Shown one piece after another: positions 43,796 to 55,368 of a DNA stretch of 64,000 nucleotides (positions are counted from its first letter, which is position 1; each line of letters opens with the position of its first letter). The DNA lies in the NCBI GenBank assembly GCA_963796965.1, contig CAWCNS010000011.1, forward strand, positions 736,001 through 800,000, given 5' to 3'. The notes below the pieces were generated by a model that saw only the letters and a program-made list of their open reading frames with translations, did no database searches and was not told the DNA's origin. The position numbers and the translations under genes were made by a program. This DNA is from Calditrichia bacterium (GTDB lineage Bacteria > Calditrichota > Calditrichia > JAJRVZ01).

Positions 43796-43930
43796 CTCTC
43801 GCAAAGATACCAAGTCGCAATGAACATGAATACAAAAAATAAAAAAGGAACAAACTCCTTATTTATCGAATAAAGAATAAATTTTATTTTCTATTAAACT
43901 CCATTGCGTCTTTGCGACTTTGCGAGGGAG
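43796..43930. repeat. Inverted-repeat element, CGCAAAG family
   Basis: ctctcgcaaagataccaagtcgcaatg, an AT-rich spacer, then cattgcgtctttgcgactttgcgagggag. Confidence 0.75.
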
Positions 43931-43955
43931 TAGAGCTGATAAAGACACCACTTGT

Positions 43956-45161
43956 TTACTTTATATAATAGTTTCTGGAAATATTTAAAATGACGCCTAT
44001 CATAATAAGATTGGCAACAAGGGATGATCCACCATAACTAAGAAAAGGTAATGGCAGCCCCGTTACCGGCGCCATCCCAATTGTCATTCCAATATTTATC
44101 ACAGTATGAAAAAATATGACCGTTGTAATCCCAATGACGGTTAAACTTTCAAACTGTCCTCTAATATTAGAAGCAATGTGAATGAATCGAACAATGAGTA
44201 GAAAAACTACTATAAGAATCAATCCAGATCCTATAAAGCCAAACTCCTCACCAATGACAGAAAATATAAAATCCGTATGCTGAGCAGGCAAGAAACGAAG
44301 ATGGGTTTGTGATCCTTTTAGATAACCCTTTCCCCATATACCTCCTGAACCAATGGCAACCTGTGATTGAATGATCTGGTACCCTGCGCCTTTTGGATCT
44401 TTCTCTGGGTTGACAAAAGTTAATATACGCTGTTGCTGATAGGGACGTAATTGACCCCATAAATTCGGCGTCGCAATCCCAACACCAATATTTAATAGAA
44501 AAACCGCCACCAACACAATCATTTTGCGTCGGGAAATATATAAAACTAATACAATTGACAACATCAATACCATAAATGCCCAGAAATTGAACGAAAGTAT
44601 CATGGTTAAAAATGGCGTAACGATTGTAAATATATTAAACCAGTTCAACCCTGCCCAGTAAAGCAATGGAATAATTAAAGCTAAAAATACCAGGGCTGTT
44701 CCCAAATCAGGTTGTCTGGCAATGAGCAGAAATGGTACCAAAATCAAAGCAATAGATATGGCAAAATATTTTATCTTATTGACATCTGCATACTTATCTG
44801 ACAAAAATTTACTTACAGCCAGAATCGTGGCAAGTTTTGCAATCTCCGATGGTTGAATATGGATAGGACCGAGCGCAAGCCACCGTTCGGCACCCTGACC
44901 AACCCTGCCTATAAATAAAACTAATAATAACATCAGTAAAGAGATTGCATAAAGCCAATAGGCAAATCGATTGATAAATTTAATCGAGATAAAGCTCACA
45001 ACCAACATGGTAATAATACCCACGCTACACCAGATCAACTGCCTCGTAAAATAGTCACTTTCCCCCGCATCAGATGAGTAAGTGGCGCTATAAATTGCAA
45101 CACATCCAACTGCAATAAGAATAATAACTAATCCCAAAGATATAATGTCAAATTTTTGCAT
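43956..45161 (-). CDS. rodA: Rod shape-determining protein RodA
   Basis: IQPSEIAK, QPDLGT, GYQIIQS..AIGSGG, HTDFIF and LPFLSYGGSS. Confidence 0.95.
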   Translation of the reverse strand: MQKFDIISLGLVIILIAVGCVAIYSATYSSDAGESDYFTRQLIWCSVGIITMLVVSFISIKFINRFAYWLYAISLLMLLLVLFIGRVGQGAERWLALGPIHIQPSEIAKLATILAVSKFLSDKYADVNKIKYFAISIALILVPFLLIARQPDLGTALVFLALIIPLLYWAGLNWFNIFTIVTPFLTMILSFNFWAFMVLMLSIVLVLYISRRKMIVLVAVFLLNIGVGIATPNLWGQLRPYQQQRILTFVNPEKDPKGAGYQIIQSQVAIGSGGIWGKGYLKGSQTHLRFLPAQHTDFIFSVIGEEFGFIGSGLILIVVFLLIVRFIHIASNIRGQFESLTVIGITTVIFFHTVINIGMTIGMAPVTGLPLPFLSYGGSSLVANLIMIGVILNISRNYYIK

Positions 45162-45169
45162 TTATCCTC

Positions 45170-47032
45170 TCAATGTGAGATACCAATTCGCAACCTGTCA
45201 AAATTCTCCAAATCCATTGGAATTACATTTTCCAGACTGTCGGAAACGGTTGTGTCTTTTTTAGCAACTACCCTTGGCAAGAGTCGATCATAAAAATATT
45301 TTTCCATGCATTTGCTTGCAATCGGAGCAGCCACGGCACCACCACCACCGCCATTTTCCACGATAACTGCCATCGCTATAACCGGATCATCAAAGGGGGC
45401 GAAAGCGATAAACCATGCATGCGATTCGCCATGGGGATTTTGAGAGGTACCCGTCTTTCCCGCCACCTCAATGCCAGGAACACCGCCCCTCCAACCAGTT
45501 CCACCTGCCACAACTTTACGCATTGCATTTCTGACAAGATCATAAACATCCTCTGAAATACCTTTAATATAATCCGTTTGCGTCGGAAAAAAATGACGTG
45601 TTCCATTTGCCTTGTTATAAAGGTAATTTCCGAGATGGGGACGATGCACCACCCCTCTGTTGGCAATAATCATGGCAAATTGAGCCATTTGAAGCGGTGT
45701 TGTTAGAAGTTCGCCCTGCCCAATGGCCAGATTGGCCAAATTTCCCCTGGTCCACCCATTTGGACCATATAGTTTTCAGATAATAATCAAGAGTAGGAAC
45801 CAGTCCACGGCTTTCATTTGGCAGATCAATATTCGTTCTCTCCCCAAAAAGAAACATTTGGGAGTATTTTGACCATATATCTATTCCGATTTTCAGACCC
45901 AGTTGATAAAAGAATACATTGCACGAACCTTTTATCGCCTGATCTATATTGATTTTCCCATGACCTTTCGCATTCCAGCAGTGGATGGTCTTACGACCCA
46001 ACTGAAAATAACCGGGACAATAGGCCGTCCAGCGCGGGGTAATGATACCCTCCTGCAAGGCAGCAATCGCGGCAATAATTTTGTATGTGGAGCCGGGTGG
46101 ATAAACACTCTGTATGGTTCGCGAATAAAGAGGATGCGCCGTATCTCCCTGCAATTTTGCCCACACTTCCGATGATATTCTTCCGGATAATAACCTTGGA
46201 TCATAGTCAGGCTTGGAAACGAAACCTATAATTCGCCCGTTTCTCGTATCTAATGCAACAATCGACCCGCGCTTATCAACCATTAAGGATTCTGCAAATT
46301 GTTGAAAGGAATAATCAAGAGTGAGATATAAATCCATGCCCCCAATAGATTCAATATTCCGGTCTGCACTAATGATACCCAAATCTCGTCCTTCCGCATC
46401 TACACGGGCAAAATAGACACCCTTTGTACCCCTTAAACTGGCATCATATTCTCTTTCCAGACCTTTTTTTCCAATAAGCTCTCCTGGCCTCTAACTCTTT
46501 ATTCCGTTGCGCTTCTTTTTTATCAACTTCACCAACATAACCAAAAATATGAGGAGAATTTATACCATCCGGATAGTATCGTTTGCTTTCAACATCAACC
46601 AATACACCGGGAAGATCCAGACGCCGTTCCTCGAGTTCAGCAATAACCGGATATTTTAGGTCTTTTTTTATAAATACGGGACGAAATGTACGACGGCCGG
46701 ATATTTTTTCACGGATATATGCAGGATCCTCAGAAATGATTCGTGCGAGCGTATCAATGGTACTTTTTGTCAATTGACGGGGAATTACGGCCACAAAAAA
46801 GGAAGGGCGGTTATCTACTAAAATTTTACCTTTTGAATCGCGGATAGTACCACGCACCGGGTATTGGGTTAAGGGGCGAACACTATTATCCAGAGATATT
46901 TCATAATATTTATCGCCGCCGCGAACTTGTATTCTGAAAAATCCCGTCAGAAGTATTACTAACATTAAGACGACGACCGAGCTCAAAACCAATTGCCGTG
47001 TTTTGCGCTGCTTGTCTGCTTAACTCATTCAT
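45170..47032 (-). CDS. mrdA: Penicillin-binding protein 2 (several frameshifts)
   Basis: RGTIRD, RYYP, YPPGSTYK (SxxK), SCN (SxN) and GKTGT, across three ORFs between mreD and rodA. Confidence 0.93.
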
Positions 47033-47034
47033 AA

Positions 47035-47523
47035 TTAGACCTCTTCGAGGTTTGGCCTGATAAAGAATGACAAGACAAGTCCAAGCACAAACGTATAGAT
47101 GGTATTGGGAAAGACACGTGTTAGGAGAAGGTAGATAAACGTACTTTCTGACCTTAGTTGATAAAAGAAATAAAAAATGCAGCCATGAATCAGGATAAGC
47201 AAAACTGTTGCCAGTATCCTTGCATTCACAGCCAATTTTAATTGTCTTACCTGTCCGGCAGAAAAACCAATGATACTCCCTGCAAGAGATGAGATCCCCA
47301 AGGGAAGTGGGCTGAGGGCATCTTGTAAAATACCTAAAACGAAACCGGCCAAAGCACCGGGAATCATCCCATAACGGTATCCAATATAAAGAATGGCTAT
47401 CAACACCAAATCAGGCCTCCACACACCTATTTCTATAATAGGGACAAAGAACGCCTGAACCAGGATCGCCAGGAGGCCGATAAACAGAATGTAAATAATA
47501 TTTGTATGACTATCAGATGCCAT
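47035..47523 (-). CDS. mreD: Rod shape-determining protein MreD
   Basis: Hydrophobic protein with PDLVL and GFVLGILQD, in the expected operon position. Confidence 0.9.
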   Translation of the reverse strand: MASDSHTNIIYILFIGLLAILVQAFFVPIIEIGVWRPDLVLIAILYIGYRYGMIPGALAGFVLGILQDALSPLPLGISSLAGSIIGFSAGQVRQLKLAVNARILATVLLILIHGCIFYFFYQLRSESTFIYLLLTRVFPNTIYTFVLGLVLSFFIRPNLEEV

Positions 47524-48313
47524 CTGTATTCTCTTTTACCTGAACCTGAACTTCTTCCAATCGATTAAAGTTTACTGCGGGTTTAACCAATATTTCCTGA
47601 AAAAGTCCTTTTGTATCCAATGAAACTTGTACGACCACCCCAATTTTTATATTTTCAGGAAAAATCTGACTCATTCCTGAAGTTATTATTACATCACCGA
47701 CATAAACCTTTATCGTTTTTGTGATATAAAGTAGCTTGAGGTTATTTCCGCCATTCCATGCAATAACACCCAATTCGCGGTTTCTTTGAATTTTAGCACT
47801 AACCCGGCTGCTTGGATCTAGAAGAATCTGACATATGGAATGATCGTTATCCACATTTACAATTTTACCGACCAACCCCTCGGCGGTGACAGCAGGAGCC
47901 GAAATATAGATTCCGCGTTCAGAACCGGCATTTAAAAGATATCCATTTAAAATATCATGAGGATTCTCTCCAATCACTTCAGCCGCTGTTAAATTTAGCT
48001 GCGACTTTTCCCTGAATCCCAACAATTTACGCAAACGGATATTCTCTAATAGTGCATCCTGAACCTGCAAATATTTATAGGCAAGTTCTGCGTTTTGGTT
48101 CCGTAAGACTTTATTTTCATCAGCCAGGCCAAAATAGGATTGGGCATAATAGATATACTGTCCCGCACTACCAACCAGATCAAGGGCAACCCCGCGGAAG
48201 GACCCACTCTGATCCTTATCTGTTGAGATCATCAGGATCAAAGAAAGAAGAATACATATAATCAGGACAAAAGCGTCCCGAATCTCTATTATAAAATTTA
48301 ATAATCTTATCAC
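47513..48313 (-). CDS. mreC: Rod shape-determining protein MreC
   Basis: ENKVLR, ENIRLRKLL, GLVGKI and TSGMSQIFP. The likely start is GTG at 48313, because the ORF-track extension runs into a tandem repeat. Confidence 0.92.
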   Translation of the reverse strand: MIRLLNFIIEIRDAFVLIICILLSLILMISTDKDQSGSFRGVALDLVGSAGQYIYYAQSYFGLADENKVLRNQNAELAYKYLQVQDALLENIRLRKLLGFREKSQLNLTAAEVIGENPHDILNGYLLNAGSERGIYISAPAVTAEGLVGKIVNVDNDHSICQILLDPSSRVSAKIQRNRELGVIAWNGGNNLKLLYITKTIKVYVGDVIITSGMSQIFPENIKIGVVVQVSLDTKGLFQEILVKPAVNFNRLEEVQVQVKENTDGI

Positions 48314-48346
48314 GATTTTATTATTTAATTGTTTAAAATTGGTATA

Positions 48347-48527
48347 TACTGGATACTGGATACTGGATACTGGATACTGGAATATTCGATTCCGGTCCAC
48401 TCCTTGTCAAGTACTACTAATAATTAATTCCTTACTTGATCAAATATCTCAACAACAAAAAGTTTACTGAATCCTTGATCTACAGCGTAATAATACAAGT
48501 ATCGAGAATCGAGTATCCAGAATCGAG
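48347..48527. repeat. 7-bp-period inverted-repeat element between mreB and mreC
   Basis: (tactgga)x5 at 48347-48381 faces agtatcg-agaatcg-agtatcc-agaatcg at 48498-48527. Confidence 0.8.
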
Positions 48528-48528
48528 A

Positions 48529-49560
48529 CTACATTCTCCGTTGTTTAAGCAGCACTTTCTCATAGCGCTCGAAATTTTCCAGAATTGCTCCACACCCTCG
48601 CACAACACAGGTGAGAGGATCTTCGGCGATATGAATTGGTAACGAAGTATCTTCCCTCATTCTCTCATCCAGATTTCTAAGCAATGCACCTCCACCGGTC
48701 AAAACGATCCCACGATCAAGAATATCAGATGCTAATTCTGGGGGGGTTCTCTCCAGGGCTACTTTAACAGCCTCCACGATGGTCTCTATTGCTTCATCAA
48801 GAGCTTCCCGTATTTCCACAGAGCTAATCTCGATCGTTTTGGGGATACCATCAACCAAATCCCGTCCCTTAATCTCAGTCCGAATCTCTTCTGCCAACGG
48901 TGTGGCAGAGCCGATACTACATTTTATCTGTTCAGCTGATTTTTCACCAATCAGCAAATTATAATTCTTCTTAAAATATTGCATAATGGATTGATTCATT
49001 TCATCACCACCCACACGGATAGATGAATGATGAACAATACCATTGAGAGAAATAACAGCGATTTCCGATGTACCTCCACCAATATCAACAATCATATTTC
49101 CAATGGGTTGACTGATATCAAGCCCAACACCAATCGCTGCCGCCATGGCTTCAGCAACAAGATGCACTTCCCTGGCACCTGCTCTTTCAGCTGAATCCCT
49201 GACTGCTCTTTTTTCGACTTCCGTAATTCCTGATGGAACATCCACTACAATTTTCCCAATTAGCATGCGATTAATATTGGCCTTCCGAATGAGTTCACGC
49301 ATCATAATTTCCGTTGCTTCAAAATCAGCAATAACACCATCCTTAAGTGGCCGTATCGTTATGATATCCCTATGCGTACGGCCCAACATTTCCCGGGCAT
49401 CATTTCCAATTGCGACAACTTTATCAGATTCACCGTCAAGGGCAATTATAGAGGGTTCATCAACAACAATACCTTTACCCCGGACATGAATCAATGAGTT
49501 TGCTGTTCCAAGATCAATTCCAATATCTGTTGACAACATATTTAAAAACTTAAAGGCCAT
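48529..49560 (-). CDS. mreB: Rod shape-determining protein MreB
   Basis: GIDLGTAN, RPLKDGVIAD, DIGGGTSE and LTGGGALL. Confidence 0.98.
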   Translation of the reverse strand: MAFKFLNMLSTDIGIDLGTANSLIHVRGKGIVVDEPSIIALDGESDKVVAIGNDAREMLGRTHRDIITIRPLKDGVIADFEATEIMMRELIRKANINRMLIGKIVVDVPSGITEVEKRAVRDSAERAGAREVHLVAEAMAAAIGVGLDISQPIGNMIVDIGGGTSEIAVISLNGIVHHSSIRVGGDEMNQSIMQYFKKNYNLLIGEKSAEQIKCSIGSATPLAEEIRTEIKGRDLVDGIPKTIEISSVEIREALDEAIETIVEAVKVALERTPPELASDILDRGIVLTGGGALLRNLDERMREDTSLPIHIAEDPLTCVVRGCGAILENFERYEKVLLKQRRM

Positions 49561-49588
49561 ACTTTTATCCCCAATCTAATTTCTATTT

Positions 49589-51133
49589 TTAATGTTTAAA
49601 ATGTCTCATTCCCGTCATCACCATACTCATATCACCTTCATCGGCAGCCTCAATTACCTCGTTATCCCGGATAGATCCTCCTGGTTGGATAACAGCAATA
49701 ATACCCGCTTCTGCCAATGCTTCAACACCATCTTTAAAAGGAAAGAATGCATCTGAAGCACAGACGGTACCATTAGTGGAATGGCCCGCTTGTACAGCCT
49801 TTTTAACAGCTAATTCCGCTGCATCTACCCTCGACATTTGTCCTGCGCCAACCCCAATCAATTGTCTATCCGTTGTATATATAATTGCATTTGAATGTAC
49901 GTGTTTAACTAATTTCCAAGCAAATGCCATTGCATCCCACTCCTGCTGGGTAGGTTCTCGTTTTGTGGCAACCTTTGCTTTTCTTATATCAATCTTCTCA
50001 TCGTCTTTCCCTTGAACAAGAATCCCGCCATTTATAGTTCTCACCTGATAAGGATTTATTTTAACTTCACCTTTTTTATAAGTGAGCAGACGAAGATTTT
50101 TCTTTTTTGTAAGCACTTCCAGGGCATCATCAGAAAATTCAGGTGCCAGGATACATTCAAAAAAATGTTCCGACATCTTTTCGGCCAACGCCTTATCAAC
50201 GTTACCGGTTAATCCAACAATTCCGCCGAATGCTGACAAGGAGTCACTTTTTAAGGCAAGTTCATAAGCATCAAATATAGACGCGCCACGCGCAGCGCCA
50301 CAAGGATTTGTATGTTTTATGATAACAACAAAATCTTCATTGAACTCTTTAACTATTGACAAAGCCGCATCAAGATCTAACAAATTATTATAGGATAATT
50401 CCTTGCCATGTAATTGCTCAAAATCATCAAGGGGATTTTTTTGAGAGAAACTGTAATAGGCTGCTTTTTGATGTGGATTTTCACCATATCGCAAGTCATG
50501 TACCTTTTTTCCGGCAAGAGTAAACTCGTCTGGCAAACCCTGACTATCAGGTAATTGGCTGACTAAATAATCTGAAATCAGAGCATTATAACGGGCCGTA
50601 TGCTCAAAAGCTCTTATCGCACAGCGGTGGCGGAAGTTTTCCGAGGTCTGTCCATCGTTTTCATTAAGTTCTGTTAATAATTCCTCGTACTGATCTGCCG
50701 AAGTTAACACCGTAGTCCAGTTATAGTTTTTAGCAGCGGCCCGAATTAGGGATGGACCGCCAATATCAATATTTTCTACTGCCTTTTCCAAAGTGCAATC
50801 TACCTTGCTGATTGTTTCTTCGAAAGGATAAAGATTGACAATAACCAGATCGATTGCATCTACATTTTGTTCCTTTAATTGATCTAAATGTGCCTGATTA
50901 CGTTTAGCCAGGATTCCAGCAAAGATAACCGGATGGAGGGTTTTCACCCTGCCATCTAGTATTTCCGGAAATCCTGTAACATCAGAGACGGCTATAGTTT
51001 TAATCCCTGCTTTCTCTAGAGCAGTCTGAGTACCCCCCGAAGAAATAATTTCCACACCTCTGTCACTTAAATTTTTAGCAAGATCCTCGATACCAGTTTT
51101 ATCAAATACACTAATGATTGCTCTTTTAATCAT
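49589..51133 (-). CDS. purH: AICAR transformylase/IMP cyclohydrolase
   Basis: GRVKTLHP, ENIDIGGP, LRYGENPHQ, KHTNPCG, SDAFFPF and RHFKH. Confidence 0.98.
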   Translation of the reverse strand: MIKRAIISVFDKTGIEDLAKNLSDRGVEIISSGGTQTALEKAGIKTIAVSDVTGFPEILDGRVKTLHPVIFAGILAKRNQAHLDQLKEQNVDAIDLVIVNLYPFEETISKVDCTLEKAVENIDIGGPSLIRAAAKNYNWTTVLTSADQYEELLTELNENDGQTSENFRHRCAIRAFEHTARYNALISDYLVSQLPDSQGLPDEFTLAGKKVHDLRYGENPHQKAAYYSFSQKNPLDDFEQLHGKELSYNNLLDLDAALSIVKEFNEDFVVIIKHTNPCGAARGASIFDAYELALKSDSLSAFGGIVGLTGNVDKALAEKMSEHFFECILAPEFSDDALEVLTKKKNLRLLTYKKGEVKINPYQVRTINGGILVQGKDDEKIDIRKAKVATKREPTQQEWDAMAFAWKLVKHVHSNAIIYTTDRQLIGVGAGQMSRVDAAELAVKKAVQAGHSTNGTVCASDAFFPFKDGVEALAEAGIIAVIQPGGSIRDNEVIEAADEGDMSMVMTGMRHFKH

Positions 51134-51149
51134 TTCAAATCATACCTTT

Positions 51150-51773
51150 TCATTTAATTCTTACACGTGAGCCCTTTATTTCCAAACGATCTTCCACAAG
51201 GAACTTTACCGCTTCAGGGAATAATCTATGCTCAATTTCTAAAACACGCTCCGCGATCTCCTTCGCAGTGGAGGCATCGTCTATGCGCACAGGCTCCTGT
51301 AATACAATCGGACCGGCATCATATTCATTGTTGACCAGATGGATCGTTACCCCACTGTATTTTACGCCCCTTTCGAAAACAGCCTCATGAACATAATGTC
51401 CATACATGCCCTTGCCTCCGAAGGATGGTAACAGGGCGGGGTGAATATTGATGATTTTATTACTATATTGATCAACAATCTGCGAACCAATCATCTTTAA
51501 ATAACCGGCAAGAATAATATAATCGATTTTCGCAGATAAAAGTTCCCTCAGGATCGCATCATTAAACGCGGATGTATCCGGAAACTCTCTGGGTTGAAAG
51601 ATTTTGACCGGAATATCATTAGAAGATGCAATCTCAATCACCCCCGCACCAGGACTATTGGTAATACACAGTTCAAATGTGGCGGGAATATAGTGATCCT
51701 TAATCTTCTTCAAGATGGCATTAAAATTACTACCTCGTCCGGATGCAAATACTGCTAATCGTTTATTACCCAT
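51150..51773 (-). CDS. purN: Phosphoribosylglycinamide formyltransferase
   Basis: SGRGSN, NIHPALLP, GVTIH and YDAGPI. Confidence 0.96.
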   Translation of the reverse strand: MGNKRLAVFASGRGSNFNAILKKIKDHYIPATFELCITNSPGAGVIEIASSNDIPVKIFQPREFPDTSAFNDAILRELLSAKIDYIILAGYLKMIGSQIVDQYSNKIINIHPALLPSFGGKGMYGHYVHEAVFERGVKYSGVTIHLVNNEYDAGPIVLQEPVRIDDASTAKEIAERVLEIEHRLFPEAVKFLVEDRLEIKGSRVRIK

Positions 51774-51798
51774 TCATGTTTCCACAGTTTAAGCTTTT

Positions 51799-51827
51799 AA
51801 TTTAACTAAATTTATCTAACCATTCAA
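51799..51827 (-). promoter_or_regulatory. Putative sigma70 promoter of purN-purH
   Basis: TTGAAT-N17-TAAATT. Confidence 0.5.
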
Positions 51828-51965
51828 CAGGTGTGAGACACATTTTTGAGATTGCCTCCATATTATAGTCAAATTTAAAAATGGACTTCAATTCTCAAAT
51901 TACAGACTATAATATGTAGGCCAATTCAAAATTGGACTACATATCTATGTATCGTACTGGATTTA

Positions 51966-52883
51966 TCAGGTCTGGAAGGGATTGGAGACACGGAATCGCT
52001 TTTGATTCGTATCCAGGGAGGATATTACCCCGACCGGCATTGAAAATTTGACTTCCCCATGACCATAGGGGAAATTTTGTATGACGGGAAAAGTTGCCTG
52101 CGAAAAATAGTGATCTATTAATTCTGAAATAGTAAAAGATCGTTCGTTGTCATCTTCACAATCAAGAAATTCACCCAGTATCACTCCGCCGATAGTATCG
52201 AACACACCCGTCTGTTTCAGGTGCGCTAAATATCGGTCAATTTTATAGGGCTGCTCACCTACATCTTCAAGAAAAAGAATAGCTCCCTCATAATCTGGAG
52301 AGAATGGCGTTCCCAATAGATGACTAACTAGTGACAGACATCCGCCTAGCAGATTTCCCTTCGCCTCTCCCGCTATCAATGTTTGAGATGAAGTTGTCCC
52401 CAAATCTAGTTCATATTCCTGATTGTTGTTAAACAATTGTCCCCAGAAATGTTTTTCTGTAAAGCCATTCATCTCTTTGCCCATTTCCACACCAACCATT
52501 GGTCCGGAAATGGAGGGGATCCCGGTCTTGGCCCAGATGGCAAGTTGTAAGGTTGTAATATCACTATAGCCAATTAATGGTTTTGGATTATTTTTAATCA
52601 ATTCATAGTCGATCTGGTTGATAAGACGCAATCCTCCCCATCCCCCTCTGGAGCAAATGATCATCTCAACCTCCGGATCTGCATACATTTGGTGGAGATC
52701 TGCTATCCTCTCGTCATCAGTGCCAGCAAAATAGCCGTAGGTCTTTCCGAGGTTATCCCCACGTTTGACTCGAAGATCTTTAGATTCCAAATATCTAATT
52801 CCAATCGTGAGGCGATCCATCACTGGAATCCAGGCCGGCGAGACAAGGCCTATCGTACTATTTTTGCCAATCTTCTTAAACAT
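51966..52883 (-). CDS. LD-carboxypeptidase (peptidase S66)
   Basis: RGGWG, GYSDITT, LEDVGE and YGH. Confidence 0.92.
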   Translation of the reverse strand: MFKKIGKNSTIGLVSPAWIPVMDRLTIGIRYLESKDLRVKRGDNLGKTYGYFAGTDDERIADLHQMYADPEVEMIICSRGGWGGLRLINQIDYELIKNNPKPLIGYSDITTLQLAIWAKTGIPSISGPMVGVEMGKEMNGFTEKHFWGQLFNNNQEYELDLGTTSSQTLIAGEAKGNLLGGCLSLVSHLLGTPFSPDYEGAILFLEDVGEQPYKIDRYLAHLKQTGVFDTIGGVILGEFLDCEDDNERSFTISELIDHYFSQATFPVIQNFPYGHGEVKFSMPVGVISSLDTNQKRFRVSNPFQT

Positions 52884-53249
52884 GAATTTCCTCTCTATAA
52901 AAAACCATTTTCTGATCTACGTAATCCATATAAATGCAAAGACTGCATTACTGTTGATCTTCTCTTCAGCATTCCCAAACTAGTTTTACGATCGCGTATG
53001 ATAAAATATACATACGTAGAATTTAATCTAAAAGCCAGATAGATAAAAGATAGGTGGAATTTAAGTACCGACTGGGGTGTTTAAATCACTAAATGGTATA
53101 AAACAAAGACATATAAATAGTTTGAGTTGGATCGTTGGTATTATTTTATTTATTTTCACATACCATGATATTTTATTCTTTGTAGAAGTGGGCGTTGGCG
53201 AACGGCCACTGAATATAAGAACAATCATTATTTTAAAGGCACGTTCATC

Positions 53250-54447
53250 ATGTGGTGGTTTATTGTTATTTGGAGTGTATTATTAATTCTTGTTTATTGG
53301 TATGTGGGCATTCGATTGATAAAACCAGCCAAACTAACCAAAAAGCAAACAAGAATATCATGGTTATTGTTATTATTGGTTCCTTTATCCCAACCGGTTT
53401 CGTTGATATTGCGTCAGGTTACAGTTTTAAATACGTTAAAAGATGTGATCGGATGGTTGAGTTATGTTGGTTTTGGTTTTTTTTCGCTTATCCTAGCCGG
53501 CTTAATTTTCCGCGATATTTTAATTTTATTTAGTTCTGTGTTCAGAAAAATAAAAACCCGATTTGGAAGAAATGATGAGAATAAGAATATAGATTCGAAT
53601 CCTTTTGACCCGGAGCGCCGTCGTTTTTTGTTGAATGTTACAAATTTGGGGATATTAGGAACATCTGCTCTTATGACCGGCTACGGCTACTATGAAGCAC
53701 GTCGCGAAGCAATACTGGAGAAGGTGAAAATCCCCATACCTGGCCTGCCTTCAATTTTTGATGGATTTACGATCGTTCAGTTTACCGATATTCATGCGGG
53801 TCCCACGATTAAAAGACGCTTTGTTCAATCCGTCGTCGAGCAAATAAATGGATTAGGCGCAGACGCCATTGTCTTCACCGGGGATCTGGTGGATGGATCC
53901 GTTCCCAATCTGCGGGAAGATGTGTCGCCACTGAAAGATTTATACGCATCGAATGGTGTCTATTTTGTTACGGGTAACCACGAATATTATAGTGGTGCAG
54001 AATCGTGGATTGAGGAAGTAGATCGCACTTGGTCTCCGGGTATTACAGAACAATCACCAGGTTATCAAGAGAGGTAAGAGTAATCTTGTTTTGGCCGGGG
54101 TTCCGGATTATACGGCCGAAAACTTTATTCCCTCACACAAATCAGATCCACATAACGCCTTGCAGGGAGCACCCGAAGATGCGGTAAAAATACTCTTAGC
54201 GCATCAACCAAAAAGCATTTACAGGGCCGAAGAAGCGGGATTTGATCTACAGTTATCCGGTCACACCCATGGCGGCCAGTATATCCCCTGGAGTTATCTG
54301 GTAACACTCACTCAGCCTTATATAATGGGATTACACAAACACAAAAACACCTGGATTTATGTCAATCGGGGAACTGGATATTGGGGACCACCACTCCGCT
54401 TGGGAATCCCTTCTGAGATCACACATTTAACATTAAAATCCGTTTAG
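53250..54447 (+). CDS. Membrane-anchored metallophosphoesterase (frameshift near 54030)
   Basis: TDIH, TGDLVD, TGNHEYY, LAHQP, SGHTHGGQ and GPPLRLG..SEI. Confidence 0.9.
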
Positions 54448-54741
54448 TCTGATAACCCGAATTAGAGATTAATTTAATCGTTTTGAAAATTTTTAGTCGT
54501 ATAATTCCCCTGACAATATTTTGTATTTTGAGTGTAAAATTGTTATACTTTGTCCTCAGGAATTCGAATATTCAACCAGGGAAATTATCGTTGCGATTTG
54601 GTCTCAGAGAAGCGATCCGGAAACCATTAGATCGGATGGTCCTTGGGAAATGGGTCCTATATAAAAATTTAATTAAATTGATTTCCCTGTCATTTATTCA
54701 AATAAATGCAAAAGTTACCGCTGAAAGAAGGAGAATGATCA

Positions 54742-55149
54742 ATGGTCGATGTTATGCCGCATGCTAGAGATTTTATGGATAAATCCTTTATAACTCTCAC
54801 ACCGGAGATGGATGTATACCAGGCGATTGACATAATGCTAAAGGGAGATATTACAGGTGCCGCCGTCGTAGATTCAAAAGAGCAGCTGGTTGGTGTTCTT
54901 TCCGAAAAAGATTGTCTCCGTACACTCGCCCATGGTGCCTACAGCGTTCTTCCCAGTGGCAAAGTTTCTGATTACATGACAGAAAAGCCAGAAACCATTT
55001 ATGCTGATCTTGACATTTTCACCGTTGCCGATAAATTCCTAAATCGCACCTACCGTAGACTTCTCGTTGTCGATGAAGATAACCGATTGGTTGGTCAGAT
55101 AACCAGACGAGACCTGCTTCGTGCCATTCAACAACTTCATGAAAAATAA
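54742..55149 (+). CDS. CBS domain protein
   Basis: Two CBS repeats (LVGVLSEKD and LVGQITRRD). Confidence 0.88.
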   Translation: MVDVMPHARDFMDKSFITLTPEMDVYQAIDIMLKGDITGAAVVDSKEQLVGVLSEKDCLRTLAHGAYSVLPSGKVSDYMTEKPETIYADLDIFTVADKFLNRTYRRLLVVDEDNRLVGQITRRDLLRAIQQLHEK

Positions 55150-55368
55150 GGATTAAAATAATTTAGTCTTTTACAGAGTTGACTTAAATGGTAAAGCTCT
55201 CTATTACCTCCAAAAAAGTAATCTCTATGAAAATCATGTCTCATTATTTTATATTTCTTGTCGAGATATAGATATTGATCTTTTACAGGGGCGAGAATGA
55301 ATGGGAGGCTGATTCCCAGAGATGAATGGTGAAGTGGCATTAAATGAAAAACTAAAGGGAAGAGTACT

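Noticed and set aside
45170..47032. mrdA as a pseudogene or a programmed frameshift
   Set aside because: The catalytic motifs and the mreBCD-rodA context are intact, and the indels match the window-wide error pattern.
48314..48400. N-terminal extension of MreC (QYPVSSIQYPV)
   Set aside because: It is a translation of the TACTGGA tandem repeat. The real start is likely GTG at 48313.
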